This document shows positions 46,232 through 61,170 of a DNA stretch of 64,000 nt, in pieces. A model generated the notes under the pieces. The model had not been told where the DNA came from and did no database searches. It worked only from the letters and a program-made list of their open reading frames with translations. Both the position numbers and the translations under genes were made by a program. The stretch lies in the NCBI RefSeq assembly GCF_009914755.1, contig NC_060931.1. One strand, given 5' to 3'. Source of the DNA: the human T2T-CHM13v2.0 reference genome, Homo sapiens. The number at the start of each line of letters is the position of its first letter. Position 1 is the stretch's first letter.

Positions 46232-47880
46232 ATTTAGAGTCATGTAATTTTAAGTAATAACTTGAATCTCAACCTTCAGTTCCATCATTTCTAGTAGGTT
46301 ATCAAATTACCATATGCTGTTAGAGAGTGCTTTTATTTATTGTTCCTTTAAGAAGCACTAAATATTAAGTTTAATATCAAAGGCTTTGTTTCCTCTTTGG
46401 CATGATTGTAATTCATAAGACTTCTAATAAAAGAGGGTGGGTTTGTAAAAAATTCCACAGATATTTGAGGCCTAGTCATTAGTAGCTACAGTGTCAATAA
46501 GAATCACAGTACTTTTCTGCATTATCTTAATTCTGATTTGATAAATAATTATTTTTTAAAAACCCTTCATTTTGAAAACAATGAAATAACTAAGGCAGTA
46601 TATAATGCATTTATTTGAGGCCAACTGGCCAAGTTCTGTGACTCCTTCCTGGGTTTCTATGGGTCCTGACACATGAGGAAACAAATATTCACTGACATTC
46701 AAGAAGGTCAGAGGTACAAGTAACTGCTCCACACTGCATAGCATTTTCAAGACAGGCCTCCAAGTTGGTTCCTCTCCATTCCCTGCACTATTTGCTAAGA
46801 GACATGAATGATAAATCTTTACATCATTGAACTGTCTGTCTCATTCTCCTGTCATCCAAAAATCAGGGTGGGATTTTTCTGATGAGTTCTATGTGCAATT
46901 TCAAAATTGTTATTTCTATTCAGACTGAATAGTAAAAAATCATCTGAAAGGGTAAATTTGAGGAATGACATCACACTGCTTTGTGCCTCCCACCCATTCA
47001 CTCCCAAATGAGGGATCCCTCAGCCACAGCAGCAGAAAAAGAGGACAAAAGGCCACTGATTTTCCATGAAGGTGAAATCTGTGCTGCACGGGCTCCAAAA
47101 CTCACTGCACATAACTCATCTTAAGCCCATCTCCAGGAACCCCTCCTGGGTTTCTATGCTCCATTCTAGAGTCAGTACTTTGCAACTAGCCTTGTCTTTC
47201 CTCCTTTAGGATGGATACAGGGTAGACTTGGGAGACCTGAAACAAGATAAATATAGAGTCAACAGAAGAACAAACTCAGGAGGAAAGCCAACTGGGCTCA
47301 AATCTCGGCTCCACTCTTCATTGTAGATGGAAATAGACACTTATTGAATACCTGTTCTGTGCTGGAAACTTCACATAAACTGTTCCAGTTGTTAAACTAA
47401 ACAAGAAGAGAGGAAGGAACAAAAGGTGTCCCTTATTTAACTCATGTACAATAGGGAAGAAAACTTCTGAAGGAACTGCTTCAAATAGGGTTTTGTTTCA
47501 CATATTATTCAAGCGACCAGGTTGACTTTGTTGAACTTCTGATTCCATGACAACAGCAAACTCTGCATGTGTGCTCAGGGTTTGACATGCTGTGGTGTAC
47601 TCTCTACCTAAAAGAGTACGCAGCATAATGGTTGTGAATCTCTGGAAATCAGGGTGTCGCTTCTGTTTTCCAGAAGATGAAGATGCCAGAAGGGCTTCTG
47701 AGCAATGTGCTATGAGACCACCTATGGAAGAGAGAGAACAACTCTTTAACTGTGGCTTTACTTAGTAAACTTCCAAACGATTACTGAAATGTCATCATTA
47801 GACAACGTAAGCAACTAGCAGAAAATTCATATGTCTAATGCAGCCTCCTCATTCTTTTTCTGTCTTTCCCTGTGATCCAG

Positions 47881-48008
47881 GAGGAAGGATGCTGGTTTCT
47901 TATCATACAAAGATCACCTGCCAGTGAGCCAAGTGGTGGTTGGAGATACTGACCGTCAAGGCTCAGAAGCCAAATTGAGCGTAGGTCCTCTGCGCTGCCA
48001 AGGAGACA
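47881..48008 (+). CDS. CNTNAP2: Internal coding exon of contactin-associated protein-like 2 (Caspr2), end of the fibrinogen-like domain; exon 15 by recalled numbering
   Basis: Acceptor attctttttctgtctttccctgtgatccag| with a ctaat branch-like motif at ~47835, and donor ACA|gtaagt. The 128-bp exon is open in one frame (phase 2 in, phase 1 out) and gives [42 protein letters not shown], matching the CNTNAP2 sequence ...[11 protein letters not shown]...RCQGDRNYWN as I recall it. Confidence 0.96.
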
Positions 48009-48354
48009 GTAAGTTTGCATAGCAGCTATGGCTTGCACTTTCTTATCCCATTTAAATATTGTTTCCAGGCTCCTCAGAAGATGCCTGCAATCAGACTTGC
48101 TCTCCTGTAGCTCCTACAGAAACATCACACAACCCAAGCAGAGATAACTTAGAGGAGGGGAACAGCCATAAAGCCTCCAGTACAGGAGCCGAGATTTGGG
48201 CATAAAGTGGGGATATCCATCTTTCCTCTATATTCATATGTAACAAGTTTGACTACCTAAGTTTATGATGATATTAATAGCAATGCTAATAGCATAAATG
48301 CAGTACTCAACAGCTGTGATTCCACGGAGTGCTGCTGTTAATGCCATTAGGATG

Positions 48355-48399
48355 ACTATTTATATCACCATAAACCGAGTTTATGGTGATATAAATAGT
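48355..48399. repeat. Perfect 21-bp inverted repeat with a 3-nt loop
   Basis: actatttatatcaccataaac-cga-gtttatggtgatataaatagt. Confidence 0.97.
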
Positions 48400-49582
48400 A
48401 GCATTATGGCTTAATGTATCATTGTAAACTTGGATTATGGCCATATAAAGTTTGACATTATTGCTATCAAACTTCATCATCATCAGAGCTTGATGGTCCC
48501 TTGTAAGCCAAAGATTGTTTCTGTTAACTATGTCTTGCTTTCAAGATTAGTCACCCCAGAGAGGAATTTGGGGCTGCTAGCTTGGACAGTGGGAGGTAAG
48601 GGAGTTGGAGTGATGGTCCCTCCTAATTAAGGGCACCATTAGGATTTTATGTTGTTTGATACCCTTCGGTGTGCTTTATGTGCAGTCAGAGGGAAACAGT
48701 GACATGGTTGCACTGTGGGGATTCTGCAGCGAGCATCCTGGGCATCGTTTTCTCTCTTCTTTCTGGGACACGTGGTTTAGGCAACTCTCCTGAGAGTTCT
48801 ATGCTTTTGTGATTGTGTGCTAGGCATCCGGAGACCTAGATTCTGCTCCCCAAATAGCTGACTTGCCAGGAGACCTCAGGCAAACCCCTCCATTGTCTTA
48901 GCTGTGGTAATGAGAATACCACACACATCCCAATTCCTCCTGGGGAGGCTGTGAATATTTTAGTGCCTGGATTTGGATTCCTCCTAGCAAAGCATTATGT
49001 GAGATGGAATATTATTACCACTTTGTAAATCAAGGGAGAATTAGACCTACTTGATAATAAATTATAGCGTCCACTCAAAGAGATGTCCTAAGGAACGTAA
49101 TGATGCATGCTTAACAGTTTCCTACTTAGTAAATTGAGGTTGTCAGCAATTAAGCAATGCCATGTTCCTAATACAAAAGGGAGATGGACTTTGTACTGAT
49201 TTTTCTCTACTTACATTGAAAATGCTACCTGTAAAATTGAGACTGGTCAAGATCTTTATCACGCACTTATTGAACAATAATACTTCATTTGTTTAGTCAG
49301 GCTTAGTAAAACTGTGCAGAAGAAATTTAATTTCAACTGCCTAAGAAAAGGATATTCACCTAAAGCAATAGTATATATGCATTTTAAACAAATATTATAA
49401 GAAATGAAATACAGTGTTGCTCTAAAATTAGGAAGACTGTCATGTGTTGTCTAATGAAAATCATTTTTGTTATGGAATAATTACTCATTAGCATATAAAG
49501 GTAAAATATTTCTGGCTTACCGATTCTAATTCTGAAGTTAGCTTTGAATTTGAGAAAGTGTTCCCATTAAATAATTGATTAA

Positions 49583-49966
<384 letters not shown>

Positions 49967-50661
49967 TAAAAAAAAGATTCTAGGAACATTAAATAGTAGA
50001 TGCTGCAGTATATGAGCACTTTATAATTAATATTAGCTTATTTGTTCTTAATAAATCAGCCTCAGGAAGAATTTATTGTGAGGCTGTCATTCATCTAGAA
50101 CTTTCCTAGGTGCTCTGGAAAGTAAGAAAAAGAAGTTCAAACCATGTTATGTGAAATGAACATGAAAAAATATTGGAAAACACAAATTGGCTTATAATTT
50201 AATTTTAGGCTTTGTAATATAAAATTATTGCAACTGATAATCAAGAAAGGAGCCATAGAAGGTGTATTTCAGGCAGACTTTCTTTTTAAAAAAGAGAAAA
50301 TGAGAAAAGTATAGTGGTCATTGTTCATTTGCATTTCTATTCTAGGGCTGTTGTTCTTAGAAACATTTTTAGAACCTATTATCAAAATAAACTTATTTAT
50401 TCACATTACATGATCTCAGTATACTTATAATTACTGTAACTTCAGAGAAACTCTTTTAAATAATATTTTACCTGATATTTCATGAAAGCAAAAGCAGTCA
50501 ACAGTTAATGGCAATTATGTAGAATACTTTTGTGTCTGTGTGAGAGAGAGAAATCTCATTGTTTTCCAGGCAACCGAGAATAAGTATCCTACCTGGTACT
50601 CGAATTGCCTGGTAGCAGTCAGCAGTTGTGAAGCCCATGTTCCCTTTAAGAATGTTCTCAC

Positions 50662-51060
<399 letters not shown>

Positions 51061-51803
51061 TTACACACAGCCTCCTGTGAATTGGGCAGGGCAAATATTA
51101 GTCTTTCTGCCTTACAAATGAAGAAAATACTTCTTTGAAAATGGCATTTACACAGCAAATTTCTGAGCATACTTTCAGCCTCTGAGAGGCTTCAGGACAA
51201 AAGATGGAACAGAGAATAGAAATAGCTGTGTCTGTACAAGGTCAGAGTTGTTTTCCCAACTGTACTCTCATCCCTGAGCCAATTGTTGATTAAATTAAAA
51301 TGCCTTAAAATGTTTCATTTGGGTTTTATCCCACCACTAGCCTCAGCCACACATGTCAGTTACCAACATAGTACAAACATTATAGGGATTACATTTATGT
51401 AATTTAAAAAGTGGCATAGTGCATTTTTCCTGCTGTTTATAGAGATGAACTTACTTTGTGTCATTTACTGAAGTCTGTTCAAACCTACAGCTTATAAAGA
51501 CTAAACCTATTGTTGAAAAATATCTTTCAGTTTGAGGAGTTGAGTGATGACAGCCCTCAGAACCTGCCTCTTGAATTAGGCCCCAGTTCCATCCTCTAGT
51601 CTCAGAGAATGAAACCATTTTTGTGGGCTCTGCCCAACCATTTCAGCAGTTTTGGTTGATTTCATCATGCCTGCTGAGTTTCATTTTTGCTTTGATTCGT
51701 CTGAACTCAGACCCATATAATCAAAATGCTAAAGAAAATCAGTGCATGCCACTCAGATCTGCTGCATTTCCCATATAGTTCTGTGAAATGCTTATGTCCT
51801 TAC

Positions 51804-51805
<2 letters not shown>

Positions 51806-51834
<29 letters not shown>
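51806..51834. repeat. (TG)n microsatellite
   Basis: Read directly. Confidence 0.95.
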
Positions 51835-52719
51835 GTTTTTTTTTTCTTTCATTCTTTCTTTTTTGCAAAGCCTATCCAAATGGAAACTTCAAATCAAATG
51901 ACACTGAAAGTATGAGTGGTGACGGATGGTTCGCTGAAATAAAAAGTGCTGTGAAAATACAAATCCCCCTCTTAAACTACACGTACGCACCTAGAAAGAA
52001 ACAAAAGAACCATTTGGAAGATTAAAAATCAATGATCAGGTAGACATTGTTTCAAATTGAAATATGTAATCATCTTTGCAGATGGCTGCCAAACTTTCAT
52101 ACTTTCATGAAATTAGTTAAAAAAATAAAAGACTTCCACTTTTTGGAGGTAGAAATCTCATACTATATATGACGAATATAATTAATTGTAGGAATATAGT
52201 ATTTGCTAGACAATTGCTTTATTTTCAGCCATATGATGTAAAACTTTACTGTACTCCTCTAGGGATACGGGGACTGTAAATAAATACTTTGGAGCAAGTT
52301 TGTCAGAACCATAGGAAAGGTTTAAAAAAAAAATCAAATGTTTTCAGTAAACCTGGGTAGAAACAATTCCAGAAAATGTCTTATTCAAGGGCTTCTTCCA
52401 AGGCCATGCCAGAAACACTGGCTGTGAAGCTGGCAGACAGAGCACTGGAGTCACACTGCAGGATTAAGATGCAAATTCAGTTTCTCAGAGCTACGGAGGT
52501 GACCCAGAGAGACAAGGAAGGAAAGGCAAGGCAGTAGTGACACATCTAGTTCTGGAACACTCAGAGGACAGACAAAGCTGTGTGTAAACAAATAAAGATA
52601 CTGATGGAGATTCATCAAGATGATGGTGAATATTTGTTCTTTGGGAAAGTTATTTTATGTGCCAGACTAATAGGAAGGCCATTATCTTTTTTTTGCAAGA
52701 ATTTTACAAACCAGGATCA

Positions 52720-53055
<336 letters not shown>

Positions 53056-53446
53056 GCAAAAACAGACAAGGCAATAAGGCAATGCCTCGGTCTCCACGTT
53101 GTTTCTGTACCAATGAAACATTTCCAACAGGGGCGCACATGGCAGTAACTCTCTTTCAGAAGATAATACCCACGAGCATACATAGGCCACATACTCTGTG
53201 CAGTGAATAGGGACTGAAGGAGAAACCACTTCTCATCTGGGTTCAGGAAGCAATTCTCCTTATTGAGAGGAAGCAGCTCTCCAGGCTCCAGAGAAGAGTT
53301 CAAAATTTATTTATCTCCTTTTTCTTTGCTGCTTCAGGCTTGGAAAAGGCAAGAAAGGAAAAGGGACTAGCATGCAGGTTCTAAACCAATCACTTTCGAT
53401 TCATTTTCTCTCTTGATTCTCTCAACATCCCTTAATAGGTGATACT

Positions 53447-54410
53447 GTTGACAAAAAAAAAATAAAAATAAAAATAAATAAATAAAAAAGTACCCTGTAA
53501 AATATTTAAAGAGGTTTATTTAAGCCAAAGATGAGTGGCCATGGCCCAAGGTACAGGCTCAAGAGGTCCTCAGAACATGTGTCCAAGGGCTACAATTTGG
53601 TTTTTATATGTTTTAGAAAGACATAAGACATCAATCAATATATGTGAGGTATACATTGGTTTAGTCTAGAAGCAATGTGAGAGTGTGGCTTACAAGTCAT
53701 AGGTGGATTTAAAAATGTTCTGGTTGGAGATTGGTTAAAAGAGTTAAGTTATTATCTGAAGGTCTGGAATTGATAGAAAGGAGCATCTGGGTTAAGATAA
53801 GGGGTTGTGGAGGTCAAGGTACTTATTATGTAGATGAAGTCTCCTAGGTGGCTGCCCTTAGAGACAATAGATGGCAAATGTTTCCATTTAGACCTTTAAA
53901 AGGTGCTTAGACTCTCAGTAAATTTCTTCTGGATTTTGAGGGCCTGGAAGGGGAAAGATCTAGTTATGTTGATAGAGATTATTCATAGATGTGAATTTTC
54001 CCCCACAAAAAAACTGCTTAGCAGGGTCATTTCAAAATATGGCAAAGAAACATGTTTGGGTGTGAAATCTTTTTATTTCTTCCTTTTTCTGTCATGTGAT
54101 GTTATGCTAGAGTCAGGTTAAAATTTGGTATCTTATTGCTACAGTCTGTAAACTGTCATGGCCCTGGTGGAAGTATGGCAGTGAGGACAACCAGAGGTCA
54201 CTCTTGTCGCCATCTTGGTTGTGGTGGGTTTTAGCCGGCTTCTTTACTGCAACCTGTTTTATCAGCAAGGTCTTTGTAACCTGTATCTTGTGCCAACTTC
54301 CTATCTAATCCTGTGACTTAGAACTTCTAACCACCTGGGAATGAAGTCCAGCAGGTCTTAGCCTTATTTCGAGATGGAGTTGGTGCTTAGATTTTTAGTT
54401 TTGGTTCACA
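53447..54410 (-). mobile_element. MER4-family (MER4D-like) LTR containing a MER41 fragment
   Basis: tgttgac...ctgtaaaatatttaaagaggtttatt at one end and cttagatttttagttttggttcaca at the other; near-TSD atac/gtac. Confidence 0.82.
54147..54383 (-). mobile_element. MER41 (A-like) LTR fragment
   Basis: gcagtgaggacaaccagaggtcactcttgtcgccatcttgg...ttatcagcaaggtcttt...cctgtgacttagaa...agatggagttg. Confidence 0.85.
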
Positions 54411-54619
54411 GTACCTTTGACTCCAGTGTACTGATGAGGAAACAGAAACAATGTTATTAGGTGCTTTGCCAATAAGTTTCAGAGTTCAGACTGGAATCTA
54501 CCTAGTTCCAAAGTCCTCCTTTCTACTCTATTCAATCAGAGCTGATGTTAGGATAAAAATGGGAAGAAAAAAAAATCTCTTATGCTCTCGGGGAGTGGCT
54601 GGGTCTAGCTGTTTGCTAA

Positions 54620-54825
54620 TGAGGGGGTCTAGGGAAACATCCCTATTGCCCTGTGAAGGGTCACTGAAAAACCAACTCACAAGGCAGGTTAATAGAAGAA
54701 AAGGCATGCAAATTTTACTACAGGGAGAATCACAGAATGATTTCTCACCCCCCAAAGGAGTTCAGAAGCTTATATATCATCCTGGAAAAACAGGTTTTGG
54801 GAGCAGGGGAGGAGAGGAACTTCAC
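54620..54825 (-). mobile_element. MER39-like LTR, 3' half
   Basis: ccctgtgaagggtcactgaaaaccaactcacaaggcaggttaatagaagaaaaggcat. Confidence 0.7.
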
Positions 54826-55497
<672 letters not shown>

Positions 55498-55689
55498 TGG
55501 CAAGCTGTGTCTTCTAACTTACTCTTACATGAAGGGCTGGTTCTGAAAGCAGAGATAAAAAAAGGATAGGTGACAAAAACTGCTCCCAGTCCCATGCTTA
55601 GTGGAGAAAAGATCCCCCTTGATTTTGCACCCCTCTTTTTGACAAGTCATCAAACAACTGATCTTTTTCCACTTACTGCATCTATTTTG

Positions 55690-55805
55690 GCTCCCCTAAC
55701 AGTGTACTTCTTAAAAGTAAAAACAAAATCTAATTCACTTGTATATTCTCAGTAGTATCACATGCCTAACACCTAGAAAGGATTCAACAAATGTTTGTTG
55801 AATGA
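55690..55805 (+). mobile_element. L2 3' end
   Basis: tgcctaacacctagaaaggattcaacaaatgtttgttgaatga. Confidence 0.65.
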
Positions 55806-56497
55806 GGAAGAAAAATAATACATCAGAGCAGAGGGAGAGTGATAATGCCAGGTTTGGCCTGAAACTCAGCTTCTGCCCTTAGGGCACTCATCACCCCAAG
55901 CAGAGAAATCTCAGGGCGCTGGGGCTTTGGAGTTCTCTAATGGAGCCACAGGTGCTGGGCCAACTGACTTCCTACATGAAATCTGGATTTTAGACCCTGT
56001 TTTCCTAGACCCCTCATTTCCTGCTTGGGTACAGCTCTTGCCTCTGCCTTTTCTTTTTTAAAGTTTTCATTACACTGTGTACTGATTTCTGGCTCACTTT
56101 GCTTCCCTACTATTGTTCTGAAAGCTTATCTCTGATTCAGCCCCACCCAGAAAAGAGAGGTTGCCTCAGGCAATCTATGTAGGATGATAATAGGTGTATT
56201 ACCAGCATAGAGGACCACTTTCTCTCTGTCTCTCCATTCCTGCCCTGGCCATTAATTATAATACATTCGATTTACTTGGGTTTGGTCTTCAGCCCTCATG
56301 CTTTTGCAACATCATGATGGGCTCATACATGATTTTTAAAAAGAGCATTAACATCACAAATCTCAGAATGGGTAACGTTTGATCATTCCCAGTAACTATT
56401 TCCTGAGAAGATGCTCTAAATTGTTTTTCTTTCCCCATTTTTTCCCACAAAATGTGGCTGTATATTTTTGCCTCACGTATAGCTCAAAACAAGACCA

Positions 56498-56635
56498 AGA
56501 ATCACAGTGTCCTAACAGTGGAAGCGTCTTAGAGATCAACCAGTGCAGAACCTCTCATTTTACAGATGAGGGGTCTGGGTCTAGAGAGGTTAAGTGACTG
56601 GCCCAAGGTCTCAGAGCTGGTATACAGCAGAGCAC
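56498..56635 (-). mobile_element. MIR
   Basis: cttagagatcaacc...ctcattttacagatgagg...agaggttaagtgactggcccaaggtc. Confidence 0.82.
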
Positions 56636-56898
56636 ATCGAGAAACAGTTTAATACAGCCTTCATCCTTAGTAATTCCCCAGGGCCAAGATGAATGTTGAC
56701 ACCCAAAGAGGAAACTTTGACCTGGAACAATGACCTTGGGTCTCTGCCTATCAACAGCTGAGTGGGTATCAGAACTCTTAATCTTACTCCATCATGAGAT
56801 CAATCATCTGGAAATCTTGATAGAAAACCTACAGCCACAGAAGTGAGGGTCAGTGGCAGAAAGTTGATGACTTCTGTTTTTTTGTTATGTTTTTTGTT

Positions 56899-56922
56899 TG
56901 TGTGTGTGTGTGTGTGTGTGTG
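56899..56922. repeat. (TG)n microsatellite
   Basis: Read directly. Confidence 0.93.
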
Positions 56923-57547
56923 GTTGGTTTTTTTTAACTTTTTAGGGTTGATAATAGAAGGCATGAAAAAAAAAACAAAAGCAAAAACGCCCTGGAGTGA
57001 TGTGTAGAAATCATTAAGCTCTATTTTTTCTTAATGTCCCAGCCTTCACTGCTATTGCCATGGGCTACTAACAACTGAGAAGCAGTAGTGGGTCTAAGAA
57101 CAAGCAGAAATAGTGAAATTTTCAGGATCACAACCTAGGCTGACTCCCATTAATGGATTGAGCCCACCGGGCATTTCTGAGGTCAGGTCCAATTACAAAT
57201 GCTGTAGCTTTTACAAGTAGATGGAAGCCTTCCCTTTTATCTTCCAGATTCCAGAGTGACTTTAAACAATTAGAAGAAATGGACAATTCCTGCGAAGGAA
57301 ATCAGCTCTTTAAGATTACTCAGTTACTCAACTTCAGCTGCAAACTCACTGTTGAAATGGGACGTAAAATTGGTTACAGTTTGGAAAAAAGTCTTTCTGT
57401 TTTACAATTGACATGATATTTGTGTGCGTGTGACTGATTTTCTTACCTGTCCTTTCAAATACCATTTGTATTTGGAGGAATCGTCACATGCCACAGAGGA
57501 ATTAACGTGAATGAGCTGATGCCAGACTTGGTTCTGCAGGTCTGTGT

Positions 57548-58643
<1,096 letters not shown>

Positions 58644-59109
58644 GTGTGGCTGGATGGGTTCTGCCTCCTCCATGTCCTCTCTCTGGGTGCCTCTCCCTTC
58701 CTGAACTTGTTACTCTCTGCAGAAGAAACAGCATCCCCAGATGCAGGCGGGAGATTTCTCTGCAAATTGAATCCCCGTAATTTGGTTTCTCTGCTGAACT
58801 CTCTGACCAATCTCTCACCATTTGAAGAGAATTAGTCTTGGCCTATTGGATCTAAACATCCACAGTGTGGAGCATACTTTGGAAGTGACAGAAACACGGA
58901 GTGAAATAGAGTCTAACCTATTCCAGGATCAGCTCCTGAAAACAAATTCAACCTAAGAGACTTTATTGAGAAAAACGAGACATGGCTCTGATCCTGGATC
59001 AGTTTATGTTTCAGTGAGGGTGAAAATTTTAACAAAGTGGAGGAGATTAGGATGGAAGTTTGGATTCCTAGTGGGACTTTGAGTGGAAAGCTGAGAGGCC
59101 TCATGTAGT

Positions 59110-59250
59110 TGTGCTTTACAAACATTAATGTACTTAGAAACCACCTGAGATCTTGTTAAAATGCAGATTCTGATTCAGGAAGTCTGGAGCAGGACCTGAG
59201 ATGCTACAAGGTGTGGCTGCTGCTAGCCAACAGGCCACGCTTAGGCCAGC
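59110..59250. mobile_element. MER5A-like MITE
   Basis: ccacctgagatcttgttaaaatgcagattctgattcaggaagtctgg. Confidence 0.75.
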
Positions 59251-59257
59251 AACCTTA

Positions 59258-59505
59258 CATAGCAGCATGGTGAACAGCACAGACTTTGGAATCACACCCA
59301 CCTGGGTCCAAATCCCAACTTTCTCCCTCACTAACCATGTGCCTTTGGACAAGTTCCTTAACCTCTCTGGGCTTCTACTTCTCACCCAGATCCTTACCTC
59401 AGCTGCAAATGAGAATAATTGTAACATCACTGAGTTTGCTCCAGTAAAGCCTGATTGTCCCCAGTCCTTGCACATAGTCAGAGCTCTCTAAGTGTTAGCC
59501 AACAT
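59258..59505 (+). mobile_element. MIR
   Basis: agcacagactttggaatcac...cctgggtccaaatccc...ttggacaagttccttaacctctctg. Confidence 0.82.
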
Positions 59506-59919
59506 CATCATTCTTATATCCATTTGCTGTGGAAAAAGTGGCAGGCTTGATATCAGAAAAGCTCTGCCCATCTTCCTGCTCCATGTTCCTGTCCCTGTAC
59601 CCTTGACTTCATGCCTTTTCTTGGAGAAGACAGGCCTAGTCTCAGGTGACAGTGTAGCATCCAGCCATTTAGCTTCTCCTAATTTGGAGGTGCTGGCCAC
59701 AATACCTGATTAGAGCTCAACTGCATTTTCTGAGTCCCCAGGGTCAATGTCCTTCCACATAAGCAATCTCTCATTTCCTTCTCATCATGTGGATCTCAGC
59801 TTCGATGTTAATTCTTCTAAGAGGACTTCTTTGTCCACTCAGCTGACATAGCCACTCACACCTCCCTACAGCCCTTCTTAATTTTCTTCATAGAATGTGC
59901 CACTCCCTGGAATTATCTC

Positions 59920-61170
59920 TGCAATGCACAACTCAATTCTGACACCAACTGCCCTGAGTTAGCACAGCCTTCACAAGTTAAAAGCACAGTCCCCAACAAA
60001 ACAGCCTTCTCTTCACACACCAGCTGCAAACTTGGGTGGCTCTCAAGCCACTCACATTTCTGACCAACTGACTACAAATTTGGGGGTTGCTACTGTTCTT
60101 TCAGGGTCAATAATTCACTAGAATGACTCACAGAACTCAGGTAAGTGCTATACTTATAATCAGAGTTTTGTTATAAAGGATACAAATCAAGTCTAGCCAA
60201 ATGAAGAGATGCACAGGGTGAGGTCGGGGGAAGCTTCAGAGACAAGAGCTTGCATGTCCTCTCCCTGTGAAGTGAGAATTGTAGGAGTTAAAGAAAGAGG
60301 AAAGAAACACAAAAGGCAGCTCAACAGTCAAAGACAGGTTTATTTTGGAGAACAAACCTAAGAGGGGCTTCTGGCTGATTTCAGTCAAGAGCACTCTCTC
60401 TTACAGACTAAGAGTATTTAAGGGTTTTAGGGTGAGAGAGCTTATCACAGGCTTGGACTGTTTCTGTGTGGAAGAGAAGTTTATTGCAGGGTTGAAATGT
60501 CTCTGGTTGGAGGGGGGTTATCTTGGGGCTGACATCTCTCCGGCCTCTCTGGCCAGAGGGGAGATTATCTTGGGGCTGGCATGTCTCTGGCTGGGGAGGG
60601 GTTTATCTTGGGGTTGGAATGTTTCTGATTGGAGATATCATTTGTGGTTTATGGTCATGCTGACCTTAGCCTGATGCCCTTTGGACTTAGGCGATTTTTT
60701 TATCAAGGGGAACTTTAAAATGGCGGTGCTTGTCCAAGATGGTGATGCTCCTGCTCTGTCAAGAATTCCCTACTCTTCTGGTACACCAGTGTGCATCACC
60801 AACCAGTGACACTCACCCAGGCTTTGGGTGTTCAATGATTTATTGGGATCTCATTCTGTAATCATGATTGATTAAATCATTGGCCACATGATTAAATATA
60901 ATGTTTAGCCCCCTTTTCCCCTCCTCCCTGGAGATCAGGCTGATATCAGGAAGCTCAAAGCCTCAACCCTCTATCAGGTGGCTGGTCTTCCTGGCACACC
61001 CAGCCCCCATCCTGAAACCACCTAGGGGCCCACCATGAGTCACCTTATTGGCATGGACCCAGGCATGGTCCCTGGCGCTCACTATGAATAACAAACACTC
61101 CTATCACTTGAGAAAGTCCTAGGGTTTAGAAACTTGGTCCCAGGAACCTGGGACAAAGACCAAATTAATG
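59920..61170 (-). mobile_element. MER21-family LTR with a nested LTR19
   Basis: caattctgacaccaactgccctgagttagcacag ... cccaggaacctgggacaaagaccaaat. Confidence 0.85.
60280..60761 (-). mobile_element. LTR19-like ERV1 solo LTR
   Basis: tgtaggagttaaagaaagagg ... aaaatggcggtgcttgtccaagatggtgatgctcctgctctgtca; perfect TSD agaat. Confidence 0.85.

Noticed and set aside
48009-48069. Acceptor-like ttgtttccag just downstream of the exon
   Set aside because: It would define a 61-nt intron, too short for efficient human splicing.
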